A stretch of 64,000 nucleotides of DNA from Marsupella aquatica (GCA_973895155.1 OZ316891.1:28463145-28527144); one strand, 5' to 3'. Counted from the stretch's first letter, positions 49,850-63,158 are shown. Notes: generated by a model from the sequence alone, not told the origin. Translations and numbers: made by a program.

Positions 49850-50125
49850 TTGTAGCTCCGCACAACACAACACTCCTGCGCGGGCTCCTGCGCAGCCCTC
49901 CCGCAGCGCTCCGCAAAGCACTCCTGCAGCACACTGCACAACACAACACTCCTGCGCAAATCTCCGTGACCCACTGCTGAGAAGAATGATAACCGACCCC
50001 AGCTCAATCGGATAACAGTGAGCTAGCTTGGACGCGCAGCTCCGCACAGCACAACACTCCTGCACAGCCCTCCCGCAGCGCTCCGCAAAGCACTCCTGTA
50101 GCACACTGCACAACACTCCCGCAGC
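49850..50125. repeat. Internally repetitive duplicated block
   Basis: ACAACACTCCTGC and AGCCCTCCCGCAGCGCTCCGCAAAGCACTCCTG each occur at least twice. Confidence 0.7.
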
Positions 50126-51519
50126 TCCACGAGCCCTGATCTGATTGCAAACTCTCTAGGCAAAACAGAAGCACAACTTTGCTAAACCCGGGGCTAAACC
50201 CCTCGACTCCCTCGCCCTAAACGCTTTGTGGCAGACACACAAACGCAACATTCAACGTTGAGTCTCGATAGTTTGTGGGAAAAATAAAACTTGACTCACA
50301 GGCCCGCGGGTGCAAAGGGTGCAAAGAGCCGTTTGGCGCGAACCTAACTGACATGTCAGCCGGCCCCTAGAGTGATCTCAGCCGTCCGGATGAAATGAGA
50401 CTGCCTTGAGTGATCTCAACCATCAATGAGGCTGAATTTGATGTTAACCCAAGGCCCCCAATCCCTCTACTTCAAGTGTCTAAATTACACTCCGGCCAAG
50501 CATTGTCTAACCCCACAAAATAAGTGCTAAGTCATGACAACTCTGCCCTCTCAATGTATAGCAAAAAACCAATAATTTCCAATATGCCACCAACAATATT
50601 AGGTGGTATAATTAGGTACTAGTAAGTATTGTCGCATGCACTAGACTTTCTTTGTGTGAAAAATGACATCATCCATATGGACTTTTTTGTGTCATTAATG
50701 AAATGATCTAATACGAGTCTGACTAATATAATGCCAATTCAAACATTTGTCCTAAACCCACATTTTATTTTATAGAGTACCCAATGAGCTATCACTTTTT
50801 GCCTATTACCAATTTTAATACCCTAGTACTCCTTTAAAGTTTGTAAATCACACAAAGCTTGAGAAGAAATGTAGGTGGTGCCAGGCCACCAAACAATACT
50901 TTTTCTATGACACTCAGTTGAGAGTTACATAAACCATCCGGAAACCCCTCGCTTCTACGTGCCCTAAACCCTGTACTTCATTTAAATTGCTATCATATTC
51001 TCTGGATATATTATTATCCCTTGGCACCATTCACTTAACTTCTCTGGTAATTTAATTATCCACTCCGACCTTCAATCACTATGTTTTTTGTCAATGTTAA
51101 GTGGTATATATGTAGTCTTGCAGGTATAATCCTTGGGAACCACCACATCCAAAGTGGTTTTGGCCAATCCTAAAAAACACCCCACTACTTACTTGATTGC
51201 AAGTTGTTAAAAAGAAACTATAATTATTGTATCACAAAAATGGGGAACCAAACCACCACATTCAAAGTGCTTTTGCCAGCCCTCAAAAACCCACTACCTC
51301 TTTGCCAGTGGTTTCAGCAGTCTATCACTAAAATGTTGGTGACATTGTTACTGCACTGTGGTGAGAATCCGGTATGACATGATCTGTAGTGGTATTTACA
51401 AGATCTCTGTCCCTTACTTGATTGTCAGTTATTTGTAAATTACAACATTTATGTCATTTATCACTCAAGACTAGGTGATGGTACTAGCACTAGAATACAT
51501 GTGAGAGTTTGGAACCACA

Positions 51520-53755
51520 TTGTTATTGAAAGTGTTTACACACAATTTACCCCATTCCACTTACTTCTCCACTAAAATAACGGTGATATTCTAAGTGGAA
51601 TTTCCCTACACCCTCAAACTACCTCTTTTGCAGTGGTTTGGGAATTATGGCCACCCTACGACTACCACTACATTAGAAGTTCTTTGGAGGACTGCGTCAT
51701 GTACCACATAAGTTTGAGTGAAAGTTTTAGTCACAAGAAATGAGGGCTTTGAAGCACATTATTTTGAGTGGTTTGGGGGGTGACAACCTTACAAAGAGAA
51801 TATGTAGGCCATCTAGCTTTAGGCAAGTCTCGGAGGGCCATCATTAAAGGAGGAGGGTTGGGCCCGCCGCCATAACAATTCCTCCGTGTTAGCCCCCCCA
51901 TGGTGAAGCCGTGGGACACCCCCATCATGTGCGCCAACCAGTTATAGCAACGACAATGAGGTTGTGACGCATAAATTGCCAAGGTGGAGAGATTTGAGGC
52001 ACCCAAGTGATGCAACATCGTGAACTCCACACAAATCACTCCAAGACTCTACGGAATTACAAATATGGGGCTTATGTGATGCATCCACACAATTCACTCC
52101 TTTTAGCACTAGTTCATGGCAAGTGGTGGCACCAATGTGTGTTGCATGACTCAAATACGGGTGCAATTTGAAGTCGCCAGAAGGCGAGGGGCCGAAACTA
52201 CCTTATGTCAAGTGGTTTGGGCTGGTACTTACAAATGCACTTCATTGCAAGTGTTCATACCCAATTTACTTCTCAACTCAAATAACGGTGGTATCTTGAG
52301 TCGCATTTCCCCTAAACACTAAAACCACCTCATTTGTAGTGGTTTGGGAACAACAATCACTCTCAGACTACCACTTCATGAGAAGTTGTTTTGAGGGATA
52401 CATGATGTACCACCCCAACCTGAGTGACACTGTTAGTCGCTAGAAATGCGGGCTTTGAAGAACAAAGTTTTTAGTGATTGGGGAGTGACAAACTTACAAT
52501 GGATAATGAGAAGTGGATCCACCTTGCCGCAATTCTCGGAGGGCCAGGATTAAAGGAGGAGGGTTGGACCCACCGCCATAACAATTCCTCCGTGTTAGCC
52601 CCCCCATGGTGAAGCCATGGGACACCCCCATCACGTGTGCCAACTAGTTATAGCAACGACAATGAGGTTGTGACGCATAAATTGCCAAGGTGGAGAGATT
52701 TGAGGCACCCAAGTGATGCAACATCGTGAACTCCACACAAATCACTCCAAGACTCTACGGAATTACAAATATGGGGCTTATGTGATGCATCCACACAATT
52801 CACTCCTTTTAGCACTAGTTCATGGCAAGTGGTCACACTAAAGTGTGCTGCATCACTCAAATACAGGTGCAATTTGTAGTCGCCAAAAGGCGAGGGCCTG
52901 AAAGGACCTTTTTCCGAGTCAATTGGGCGTGTACATATAAATACACTTCATTGCAAGTGTTCACCCCCAACTTCTCAACTCAAATAAAGGTGGTATCTTA
53001 AGTTGCATTTGCCCTAAACCCTAAAACCACATCATTTGTAGTGGTTTGCCCCCCAATCACTCTAGGACTACCACTTCATGAGAAGTGGTTTAGAGGGATG
53101 CGTTATGTACCACCCCATCTTGAGTGATAGTGTTAGTCGCGCTAGAAATGAGGGCTTTGAAGAACATGGTTTTTAGTGATTTGGGGAGTAACAAACTTAC
53201 AATGGATAATGAGAAGTGGATCCACCTTGCGGCAATTCTCGGAGGGCCAAGATTAAAGGAGGAGGGTTGGGCCCGCCTCCACCACAATTCCTCCGTGTTA
53301 GCCCCCCCATGGTGAAGCCATGGGACACCCCCATCACGTGTGCCAACTAGTTATAGCAACGACAATGAAGTTGTGACGCATAAATTGCCAAGGTGGAGAG
53401 ATTTGAGGCACCCAAGTGTTGCAACATCATGAACTCCACACAAATCACTCCAAGACTCTACGGAATTACAAATATGGGGCATATGTGATGCATCCACACA
53501 ATTCACTCCTTTTAGCACTAGTTCATGGCAAGTGGTCGCACCAATGTGTGCCTCATCACTCAAATATGGGTGCAGTTTGTAGTGGCAAGAAGATGAAAGC
53601 CCGAAAGGACCTTATGTTAAGTGGTTTGGGCTCGTATTTACCAATGCACTTGATTGGAAGTTCAAACACATAACTTTCCTAAGTCAAAACATGGTGGTAT
53701 TTCAAGTGACAGGTGCCCAAAACCCTCAAAGCACCTGTTGTGTAGTGGTTTGGGT
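51520..53755. repeat. Tandem array of ~705-bp units (about 3 copies) in the CACTA subterminal region
   Basis: Markers GACTACCACT at ~51660/52366/53067 and AAAGGAGGAGGGTTGG at ~51846/52552/53255. Confidence 0.9.
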
Positions 53756-54814
53756 ACAATTTGTAAATAAAAAAATTATTTGTCGCTATAATTCTGGCGG
53801 CATGCATATTGTGACTGAAAATGTGTGTTGATAATGACACCATGGGGAGAGGTTTTGGACATCACAAAATAATCTGTTTAATTTTTAGTCATTTATCAAA
53901 ACTGTTTTGACACTCTAATGTTGGTGGCATTTGCAGTGGCAAAATGTATTTAAAGAATGACATTACTCATAGTGATTTCTAAGAATGGAAAATGATCTAC
54001 TTTATTTCAAGTCATTTGCAAGGTCCTGCATTGACACTCTACTCTTAGTGGTATTTGGAGTCACTAAAATGTGCGAAGAGAATGACATTCTTTAGAGTGA
54101 TTTTGGACTAAGGAGGATGTGGCACTTGGTTTGAAGTTGCATCAAATAATATTTATTGGACTCTAATATTAGTGATATTTGTAGTTAGACAATTTGAGAT
54201 AATAATGACTTTATGTAAAGAAATTTTGTACATTGAGAATTAATTCACTCAATCTTAAGTTGTTTGTAAGAATTTCCTTGTCACTAAAATATTTTAAATA
54301 ATTTTGCCAAAATTCTTTTGTGACTCCACTATTGGTGATATGTACAGTAACAAAAGGTGTGCTCACAAATGACATTATTTCAAGTAATTAAGATCACTTG
54401 GAAAAGCTTCACTTGATTGGGAGTTGATTGAAAAAGCACCTTTACCATTCAAATATTGGTGGTACTTGTATTTGTAGTGGTTTCGGTCAGTAGTAAAATC
54501 TTAGTTGAAAATAGAGTTGTAAACATCGACGGTGGAGTGAACGGTGGATTGTAGTGATTTGTAAATTTGTGTAATATACAACTCTAATTCAAGTGATCTA
54601 AGTTTTAGTGGCAAAAAAAAGAGTTGTAATCAGTGATTAAGGTAACATAGTTCTAAGTAGAGTAATAAAATGCAGATTATTACAACCCATTAAAAGAATA
54701 GTGGTTGGCACCACGTACGAGTTATTTAGGCAAAGTAGTTGCAGGGCCTGTAGTAGTAAAACACAGGTTTTCTTCTAGTGTTGGCCTTAACTCGAGTTTC
54801 AGCTTAGACAGGCA

Positions 54815-56588
54815 CACTAGTAGAAATCGGGGGGTATTTAGACCCCATTAAACGACTATTCAGTACCGTATAGGACTTGGAAACGACTGGGAAGGACTCC
54901 AGTCCTTTATAGGACTGCGAGTCATATGTTTTGTTACTATAATCAACTGAGTCCTTTATAGAACTGGTTTATAAGTCGTTTAATAGACTGGATTTTCAGT
55001 TTATTTTAGTCTTTGTGTGGGTAGTTTTGGTGAGTCGTTTTCAGTCTTTTATGGGCTGAGATGGTGAGTCGTTGGGAACGACTAAAAAGGTTATGGAGGG
55101 TAGTCTTTAAATATACTTTGTGGGGTATGTATAAGTCTTTCATGTCAACTGGATATGAGTGATGAAGACCCCACTATACTACTTGGAATGAACCCACTCT
55201 TGTGCACAAATAACATATTGTATTCATGTTTTATTGTGTACTTGGAATGAACTCACTCTATAAGTTCACCATTCATCATGTTAACATTAGAATACATAGT
55301 TTCAGAAAGCCATCTTCTATACCATGTACACTAATATGAATTCACAGATTCAAACTTCATAGACTACAAAGAAGGTCACAAAGTATTCCTCTATACCATA
55401 CACACTAATACTGAAATGATACAAAACAGATTCAAGTATCATAGACAATCACCATAGAGCCATAGTTTGACATCAATCACTTGTTTCATACATACAGAAT
55501 TCAGAAATATCAATGTCACACACAACGGCTCCTTCATCCTCTTTACCAAATGGAAAAATTGGTACAGATATTTCTTGGATCTTTCCAAGGCAATGTCAAA
55601 ATGTGACACAATTCACATGATTCTATCTACACTTGCATTCAGTCACTGCAGACTAACACACTCTGATGGCCAGAGCACAAGAGATCCTACTGCATCTGCA
55701 ATTATTTCCTGAGGTGGATCATCGTCTCTATTCGGAAATGGCAAATTACAATCAGATACAATCACTGTAGTCAACAACACTACTACATGGTCATCCGGGA
55801 CCACTTTGCCATGGAATTTTGCATGATCCGGTCGCAAAATGCCTGTACCCACACATACCTGCGAGTCATCCTCCCATGATAGAAGATTATGGACTGGCTC
55901 TGCTGTAGCTATCACCTCCACCTTACCCTGGCTGTTTTTCTTGGCTTTCCTGGGTGGCTTATACATGACATTATTCATACCTTGGTTGCGAGTCATGACT
56001 TTGGCATGAGTGTTTTGTGCTGGTGATCGAGAATTGGCTACACTCTTCTTCAAAGAATCTGCATCCATATTTGACACTTTTGATTGTGTAGCAGGATTTC
56101 CCTGCGACATCATCTCAGTATCTGCCAACATTGTACTTGCTTCAATTGAAGCATCTACAATCTTACTTGCATCCAATGTTGCTCCCAAGTTTTGACGTCG
56201 CTTCACCCTGCTCCCACTTGGTTGAGAGTCTGTCAACTCTGCATCAACTACAATTCAGTGTCATGTCCAACATAAGTCAATCACTCATCACATGTGCTAA
56301 ATGTACATGTCACCAACCACAAAGTTGTCACTATCTCCTTACCATTATGAACAGCCTTCTTTGCCATTGCCATATGCTCCATGTCTGCTTCTGTTGATCA
56401 ATAAACACACCACAATATTCAGGTTGAATCTATTAATCACTGAATTGTTTCTCAACATTCATATAGAGGAATTTAAAGCATCAGCTTACCTGAAACCTCC
56501 TTGGCTATGGTCACTGAGGCACTGGGCACATCTTCTTCATTATTGCTCTTTGAATCACCTGATACATCAATCATGATGTCACTTCAGA
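54815..56588 (-). mobile_element. CACTA element 3, terminal part only, interrupted by an LTR-like unit
   Basis: Begins CACTAGTAGAAATCGGGGGG (same TIR type as copy 1), with GACT/AGTC subterminal motifs to ~55160. Confidence 0.82.
55643..56236 (-). pseudogene. Last exon of a TnpA/TNP1-like CACTA gene
   Basis: VGTGIL...FHGKVVPDDHVVV...LPFP...IADAVGSLVLWP, the typical C-terminal domain of En/Spm TNP1-like proteins. Confidence 0.72.
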
Positions 56589-59500
56589 TGTCACTCGCGC
56601 ACATCCTTCGTAAATATGAGGGTTCGGGCAGGGAGGGAAGCACGGAATGCACCTAATTCACGTAAACTAGCGCTAAGTGTGCCTACTATTAAATACGGAC
56701 ACCTCCTAGGTATAGTTTGTGTTCCGCCGCCTGAACATACCTTAGTCGATAGCAGGATCAACCCCGGCTTAAGGGCTTTTAAGCCTTCATACTGTCCGCC
56801 TTCGATCCGGATTTGATGATATGGGTACTCAACCCGTGCTTGCAACCACTTACCCGCAAGCTGCACCCCGTGCACGCCTTGGGTAGTGCGTTCGGCCCGA
56901 CATTGGCACTATACACGAGATTCACACACACATACATGCGCACAAGCATACAATCTCGATTTACACGAAGGAAATAATGGGAAAGGATTTTACTACATAG
57001 GGGACATATGCGTACACTTGGTTGACCCGACAACTCCGGAATGAACAGGTTCAAGGCCGAGGGTGTACACTACAATGGAGCCCGGCTCCGCACTCACTCG
57101 ACGAGCTTAGTCCTACCCCCTCCCCTTGGTACTCTTTCACTCCCAGAGGTTAGGACTCCCCGCACATACCACGGATGTCCAACTCTAAGACTAAAAAAAC
57201 CCCCCCTCTACCGAGGGGTGCACTAAATACTAAGGGCCAAGGAGCAGAGTGCCCTCGCGCCCGAAGATTTGCTAACTAAGATCCTAACTAAACTGGCTGT
57301 TAGGCGGAAAAACGGCTTGTCTTATTAGAAGATCCTAACCTAGGCAGGCTGTCCAGCATGGCGGTGTTGCTGTAACTAGGGCAGGCGCTGGTTGCGATAG
57401 CCTGCTTTAGCTACTCCTAATTCTATTCATTCTCCCGTTTCTATTCATTCTCCCATTTCGCCGCATCCGTCTCTTCAGCGGCCTCCTGACACGCCTCCTC
57501 CAGTTGCTTGGCGTCACTTGTCAGCTTATCTACCAACAGGGCCTGTTTCGTGGCTTCTCCTTGAAGCCGCGCCACCTTTGCCTTCAGGGTGTCAATCTCG
57601 GTTGTGTCCCGCTGAGACCTGGAGTCAACTTCCTCCAGATCCTTTTGCCAACTGACGGTTTGCCCTTTCAAGCCGTCAATCTTGGTCCGGAGCCGTGCGA
57701 TCTCGATGTCCTTTCCGAGCCCGGCCTGCACTACTAAGGCTGTTTGAGCCCTAGCCTCGGCCACCTGGTCCTCCATAGCTATTACCTGAGGCCGCAACCG
57801 CTGGAGTTCAGCCTCCAGGGTTGCCACTTCATCCTTCAGGTAGGCAGACTCCACCCGATACCGCTCTATTCTCTGCGTTGTCTCTGCCTGCGCGTGTCCT
57901 GCCCTTACAGCCGCAACCAACTCCTGGTTGAAGAAGTAGGCCACTCTCCGGGCCATGTATTCCCCGGTGTCCCGAGAGATCTGTTGAGAGAAATCTCCCA
58001 ATAACCCGTTCAGAAATGTGCCCGGCGCGAAGAGTTCCGGATGGTCTAGACTATGTCCATCTGGATTTGGGCACGGGCAGACTCCAACCCGCGCGGAAGT
58101 AGGAGCGGACACATCCAGCCCTTGAGGTAAGTCGGACAAAGGGGCTGGTTCTACTGGAGGTGGGCGGTTGTCCTGCACAACTGCGGGGGGTGGCGGAATC
58201 TCCTCGCCTATCGTGGCATCTCCTTTGGGTAAGGCCTCATCTGGCCCGACTTTGATGGCGTTGTTGATCGCGTTTAAGGCCGCAATAACGTCTACAGGTA
58301 TGCTTGGTGGGGTGGCCGCGGCGGGTTGCGGGGTTGGGGTAGCAGGGCTTGCAACTGCTAGACTTTGGGACTCGGGCTGCGGTCGCCTCACCTGGGCTGG
58401 GAACACCCATTTCGACGGGGTCAGCTCGGGCTCGTTGATACGCGGGAGTCTACGGCGGTCAAAACGGGCATACCACTCGATGATGATTTCAATGTGGCTG
58501 GCGAAGTACGCCCTTCCGCCAAGATACAAAGTCTTTCTTCTTCGCTCCATCTCCTCATGGAACTTCTTAACGAAGAAGGACGCCCACTTCCTAGGCCGAT
58601 AGTTCTCTACCTGGATGACCTGGGCGGCCGATATTTCGCCCCTGGGTTCCATCATGTGGAGGGCATACCGTTGGAACTCTAGGCGTTCTGCTACCTCCGG
58701 GATGAGGCACGTCCTCATTAAGAACCCATTGTCCACTACCCCCTCGGCCGGGAAGCTAGAGGACTGGTATTTAGCTCCCTTGCCCCCAGGAGCCCACAAT
58801 TCTACTCGGTTTATCCCCTTGGGTAAGCCGAAAATCATCTTCAGACGTGCCTCATTGAGACACATCACTCTCCCGTGTGCTCGGGTTTGTTGACGGGCCT
58901 CGTCAAAGTTTTGAATGAACTCCGTCATATCCTGCCCATAGTACCTGCTTCCGTTCCAAGGGAGGGAGGCGAGGTGCTCAAACCCTTGGGTCTTTAGATA
59001 ACATGCATGCTTGGGGTGGAGGATGTTCTTGTGAACGTTGTCCCCCATGTGATGCATGGTCAGCTTGGCTACCGCCACCGTGGCCAACGGCAACCCGGAT
59101 ATGGCTCCGGGTTCCTTCCTCTTCCTACCCCAAGACTGATTCCCGGGGTGACTAGAAGAGGGGGACATCTCTCCTTCCTCTCGGTCAGGTGGTGGTAGTG
59201 CAACTGCCGTGAGTATAGGTGCCAAGGTCGCTAGAGTTATCGTGTTATCCCTTGAGGCTTGTTGGAGTGGTGCAGGGGGGTTCAACGCTTGTTGAGTTGC
59301 ACCCCGCGGCCGTCGATTCAAGGGAGGGTGAGCCTCCTCGTCTTCGGAGCTAATATTCACCGCATTCACCACGGATCATACTCGGAGAGGTGGTGGGACC
59401 GGTGGCGGGGACCGACTCGGCTGAGGCCGAGGAGGTGTAGGCGCGGGTACGGGTACGGGCACGGGCTCGGCTGAGCCGGCCACGTTTGTTGATGGCTGGG

Positions 59501-60435
59501 TTCCCATGAAGTTCTGCAGATTCTGATAGAGGTCTTCCAAAGCAAGTCTAGACGGTCTTGTCGACCGGGTAGCGCTGAACTTGCTGTTAATGATGGCCTG
59601 GACCCGAGCGGGGATGTGGTCAAAATGGTGCCGCTGTAAATCGATCGTGCCCGGGATAGAGAAGACCGCATCCGAAAGCCGAAGTAATGCTTCCCAGAAG
59701 CCGATGTATTTGCCCCCGTCAAAGAAGTACTCTCAGATTTCTTTGGGTCGGTAAAGCTCCCTCTGGGACGGGTAATCGAAGTTAAGGAGATAGTGGTGGC
59801 GGCCTGCTAGGCGGATGGCCCCCTCGTATTCGCGTTTGATCTTGTAACGGCGCGGGTTGGCATGTTTCAATGAGTCGGCCAAGTGCCTTCCGGTAGACAG
59901 GAATTGTGTCCAAAATCGCATGGCCGAACTGGAAAGGATCGTGTGCGACATTTAGAGGAGATAGTAGGTGACTAAGGATAAGAGAGAGAGAGAGAGAGAG
60001 CTGGGGTCGAAGCTGGCGCGTGGGCTGAAGAACTGGTGCACTGCAAAAGATCGGCCGTCCTTTTATACCTTGAGAGCTCGTCGATCGCCTGATGCCTCCG
60101 CGTTTCTTATAGGCTGAGCCTTTCATGCTCGTAGTGTACCGGCCGCTTTGCCGGTCCGGGTCAGTTTGTGTCAGTGGCCGTCTCTTGGAGTTCATTATAC
60201 GGACCCGAGGGAGGGGGAAAGGGGGCCCATTACATGCTTGCAACCTGGGCGTGCGAATGGCAACCCGCCGCCAGCACGAACATGGATTCCCCTTATTGAC
60301 TCATAATTTTCTACTCATAACGGCTACCTAAATATTGTCGATATGCTAATAATAATGGCCTAAGACACCCCTAACACGCATGCTAAGCGCAATTAGACCG
60401 AATCACTCATTACCCGTCGTATCGGCGGCGTCACA
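56589..60435 (-). mobile_element. LTR-retrotransposon-derived unit (solo-LTR-like, TG...CA) containing an accessory ORF
   Basis: Termini TGTCAC (56589) and GTCACA (60435). GC-richer than flanks. Minus-strand TATAAAA at ~60061-60067 followed by a CT-rich tract. No gag/pol and no matching TSD. Confidence 0.55.
57441..59951 (-). pseudogene. Retroelement accessory ORF (plant-transposon/PMD-like region, Pro-rich linker, coiled coil), two premature TGA
   Basis: ORFs 59733-59951 and 57441-59372 are in the same frame. Motif MTEFIQNF...HGRVMCLNEARLKMIFGLP; heptad-rich C-terminus. Confidence 0.55.
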
Positions 60436-60629
60436 CTAGGAAACAAGAAGGGGAAAAAATTGTATCACTAAGTGTGCACCTCTGTGCATGCAGGTTCGGC
60501 CATAGCTCAAATGTAGGCTCGTGCTAATAACGTATTCTGAACCAAACATCATCAACATACCTTGCACTTGCAATACTTCCTTCCTTCATTCTATTATGTG
60601 AGAGTGCTATAACCACTCCCTATATAGTA

Positions 60630-61190
60630 CATAGTGGGGCAGTTATCTAACCGCCTAATGTCCCTAATCACTAGGGTAAGTCTATGTAACTAGAATTAGG
60701 GTTATCCCATAACAGAAAAAAAATTCTTGAATTTTTTTCTTCAAAATTTGAAGGAAAACTTTTTTTTTCCAAATTGTTTTTTGCCATGAAGCCTCATACT
60801 TTACGGACACCTATCTTGGTGAGCCCAGACGAGATGGGAAAACAATTTCTGAAATTTTTTTTTTCAATTTTTTTTTTCAAATTTTTGGTTTTTTTTCCCC
60901 ATCTTTTTTGGTTTGTACGCCCCATCTCGGCGAGGCCAGTTGAGATGGGGAAAAAATTTCCGAATTTTGTTTTTTCAAATTTTTGGTTTTTTTTTTGGAT
61001 TTTTTTTTGGTCCGTACGCCCATCTCGGCGAGGTCAGCCGAGATTGAGTCAACCTCGGCTGCCCAGCTGAGATGCGCGGAAGTTTGAAGGCCTCATCTCA
61101 ACTCCTCAACTGAGATTCTGAAATTTTTGAGATTATTGATATCAGTGACTGATATCAGTTATCAACCACTGATAACTGATGATGTTGTGT
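60630..61190. repeat. Probable subterminal region of an unclassified DNA transposon
   Basis: About ten GAGAT/ATCTC motifs in both orientations (CCCATCTCGGCGAGG twice), duplicated T-rich blocks, and TGATATCAGT/GATAAC repeats. Confidence 0.45.
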
Positions 61191-61199
61191 ACCCCTTAG

Positions 61200-62949
61200 C
61201 AAGGATCATATGTATATTCAGTGTGGGTCCAAAATGTTGCCTACTTTTACTAGCGAAGTCGCTAACAACGAACGACACATATCAAGATGTAATTAAACCA
61301 AACTTCTGTGTTAGCTAAACATACACGCCGTTATTTCATGACAGACACAACATAAATCACTTTGGTACCGTAGGAAACTTTTGCTAGCGATCTCGCTAGC
61401 AAGATATGGACAAATGAAATTGAAAAAACTTTTGAAGATTATTGAGAATTTGTCCACTTTGATCATAAAAATATCTGTATCTGACAAAATGTCCGTGTGC
61501 TCGTGAACATTTCATGGTTACTTAAGTCACGAACTTAACAGATGTTAACTGTCAAACTACGTTGTTGCACAATGCGGAGTAAATCTCTAGGGTACTATTC
61601 ATGGAGATGCTGCCTTGTATGCGTCTGAATCTGTGTCCGAAGCGGTATCATAATCGGACGAAGCGAGGATGTCGGATGTCCAGTAGTTGTGTATGTCGAT
61701 GTCCCTCCAGTAAGAGTCCTCCTCCTCTCTCTTCCGCTTCTCTGAGACTCCCTTAGAAACGGATGCGTCAGTGCGAGAAGACATTGATGCTTGGGAAACA
61801 ACTCCTGAAGTTGTTTCCTACGGAGGTGCCGGTGGCTGAGTTGATGCACAGACAACAGATGGGACCCGACTGGATGCGGCTCTAGTCTTGGTTGGAGGGG
61901 GGACAACGCTCTTCTTTGCCGGGGGAGAGCTTGGTGGGGAGTCCAATGGGCCATTAGGTTTGGCATTGTAGGGGCAGACCTCCAGAACCTATTTGGCTTT
62001 TGGAGCGAAAGAGTCATCATTCCTTCAGTTGCCATTTTTGTCTATAACAAACATTGCTACGTGTGAGATTACTTTCAAAATTGTCGGAAGTCAAAGTGTG
62101 TTTACAAAACAGAAACAATCACCTTCTAAACATCCAAGCTCATCGAGTGCAATCATGCAAAACTACAAGTAGACAAATAGAACTGGGATAACCCGACGTT
62201 CTGATTAACAAGAAAGTTACTTGGTAGGAAGACGTCGTCCGGTATCAAACTTACATCTCCTTGAATGTGCGACAGACAACGTGCTATGCTGCGTCAAACC
62301 CGAGAACACTAGAACCCCTCCTCGCCCGGGGAGATGAGAACACAAGCTTGATTGAAGTTACTCAGCGAGGGGAAGACAATTGTGAAAGAGTTTGGCCCTG
62401 AGGAGACGATGAAAGTGAAAGAATGATCACATTGTTAGGAATGGCGATGAGTCGAAAGGTCCAAATGACATATAGTGCATTTCAGGAGCCTCAGATCCTC
62501 TGAAATGGTTTTGGGTTCTAGTCCTTTCACGCTTGAATGATGATGAAAAGGAAATTGGATTCTGTAGTGAGATCAGTTGCCATAGTGCTGTCGCTGAAAC
62601 CGTGCTTTCTCATGTGTGCATTTTCGTGTAAGGCAAGACCGCACGAAATATTTTGTGCAAGAATTATGGACATAATTATGGCTAGCAACTTTGCTGGCCT
62701 GATGTACATTGGAATTGTATGACCATTCGTGTTCGGGGAATACGTAATATGTACCATTCCACCGTCAGGATAGGTTTGGAAATCCAATAGGAGTTAAATA
62801 GATAGGTGTAGTAGAAGGTTCCTTTTAGGCTAGAGAGTGTCACTTTATGCTAGCAAGGTTGTTTTTGTGCCAAATTTTGGGTATTCCAAGGAGGAAATGA
62901 TCCCGTGCAAGGAAAATTTTTACTGTTTCCTCGCACGCTACAATGACCC
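61200..62949 (-). mobile_element. Truncated, diverged second member of the palindrome-bearing MULE family in inverted orientation
   Basis: End at 62949 reads GGGTCATTGTAGCGTGCGAGGAAACAGTA on the minus strand, matching the TIR at 22255. Carries the small-ORF homolog and palindromes at 61249 and 61383. The left boundary is approximate. Confidence 0.85.
61599..62035 (-). pseudogene. Homolog of the small MULE ORF at 23011-23439
   Basis: LEVCPYNAKPNGPLD versus LEIRRYNPATDGPLE; KRKREEEDSYWRDIDIHNYWTSDILASSDYDTASDTDSDAYKAASP. Frameshift and stops. Confidence 0.75.
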
Positions 62950-63158
62950 ATTTTTTAGTATCCCAACAAATGTTAAAGAGGTTGATCATTCATTAACTAA
63001 TAATATTTAGATAAAACTGTAATTAATTTAATACTTCAGTGTTCCTTAAATTGGGGAGGGTTTTCGTGCAGGAATACATGAATAATTATGCATTTGTTAA
63101 GGTGTTTTAAGATGCACAAACCTGGAAAATTTGCTTTCAATGGAAAAATAGAACATAC

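Larger units (their letters stand above)
17421..54780 (-). mobile_element. CACTA copy 2 with nested MULE and LINE; its own left TIR was not found
   Basis: Right terminus ...ACAGGTTTTCTTCTAGTG at 54780 (revcomp CACTAGAAGAAAACC). Gene order TnpA-TnpD-BRCT-PHD-Cys ORF parallels copy 1. Assigning this terminus to this element is inferred. Confidence 0.72.

Noticed and set aside
51731-53563. Three similar short ORFs (…CHELVLKGVNCVDASH…)
   Set aside because: By-products of the 705-bp tandem repeat, with inconsistent starts and no domain signal.
60434-60450. CACTAGG as another CACTA terminus
   Set aside because: It overlaps the GTCACA end of the LTR-like unit and lacks adjacent subterminal repeats or similarity to the other TIRs.
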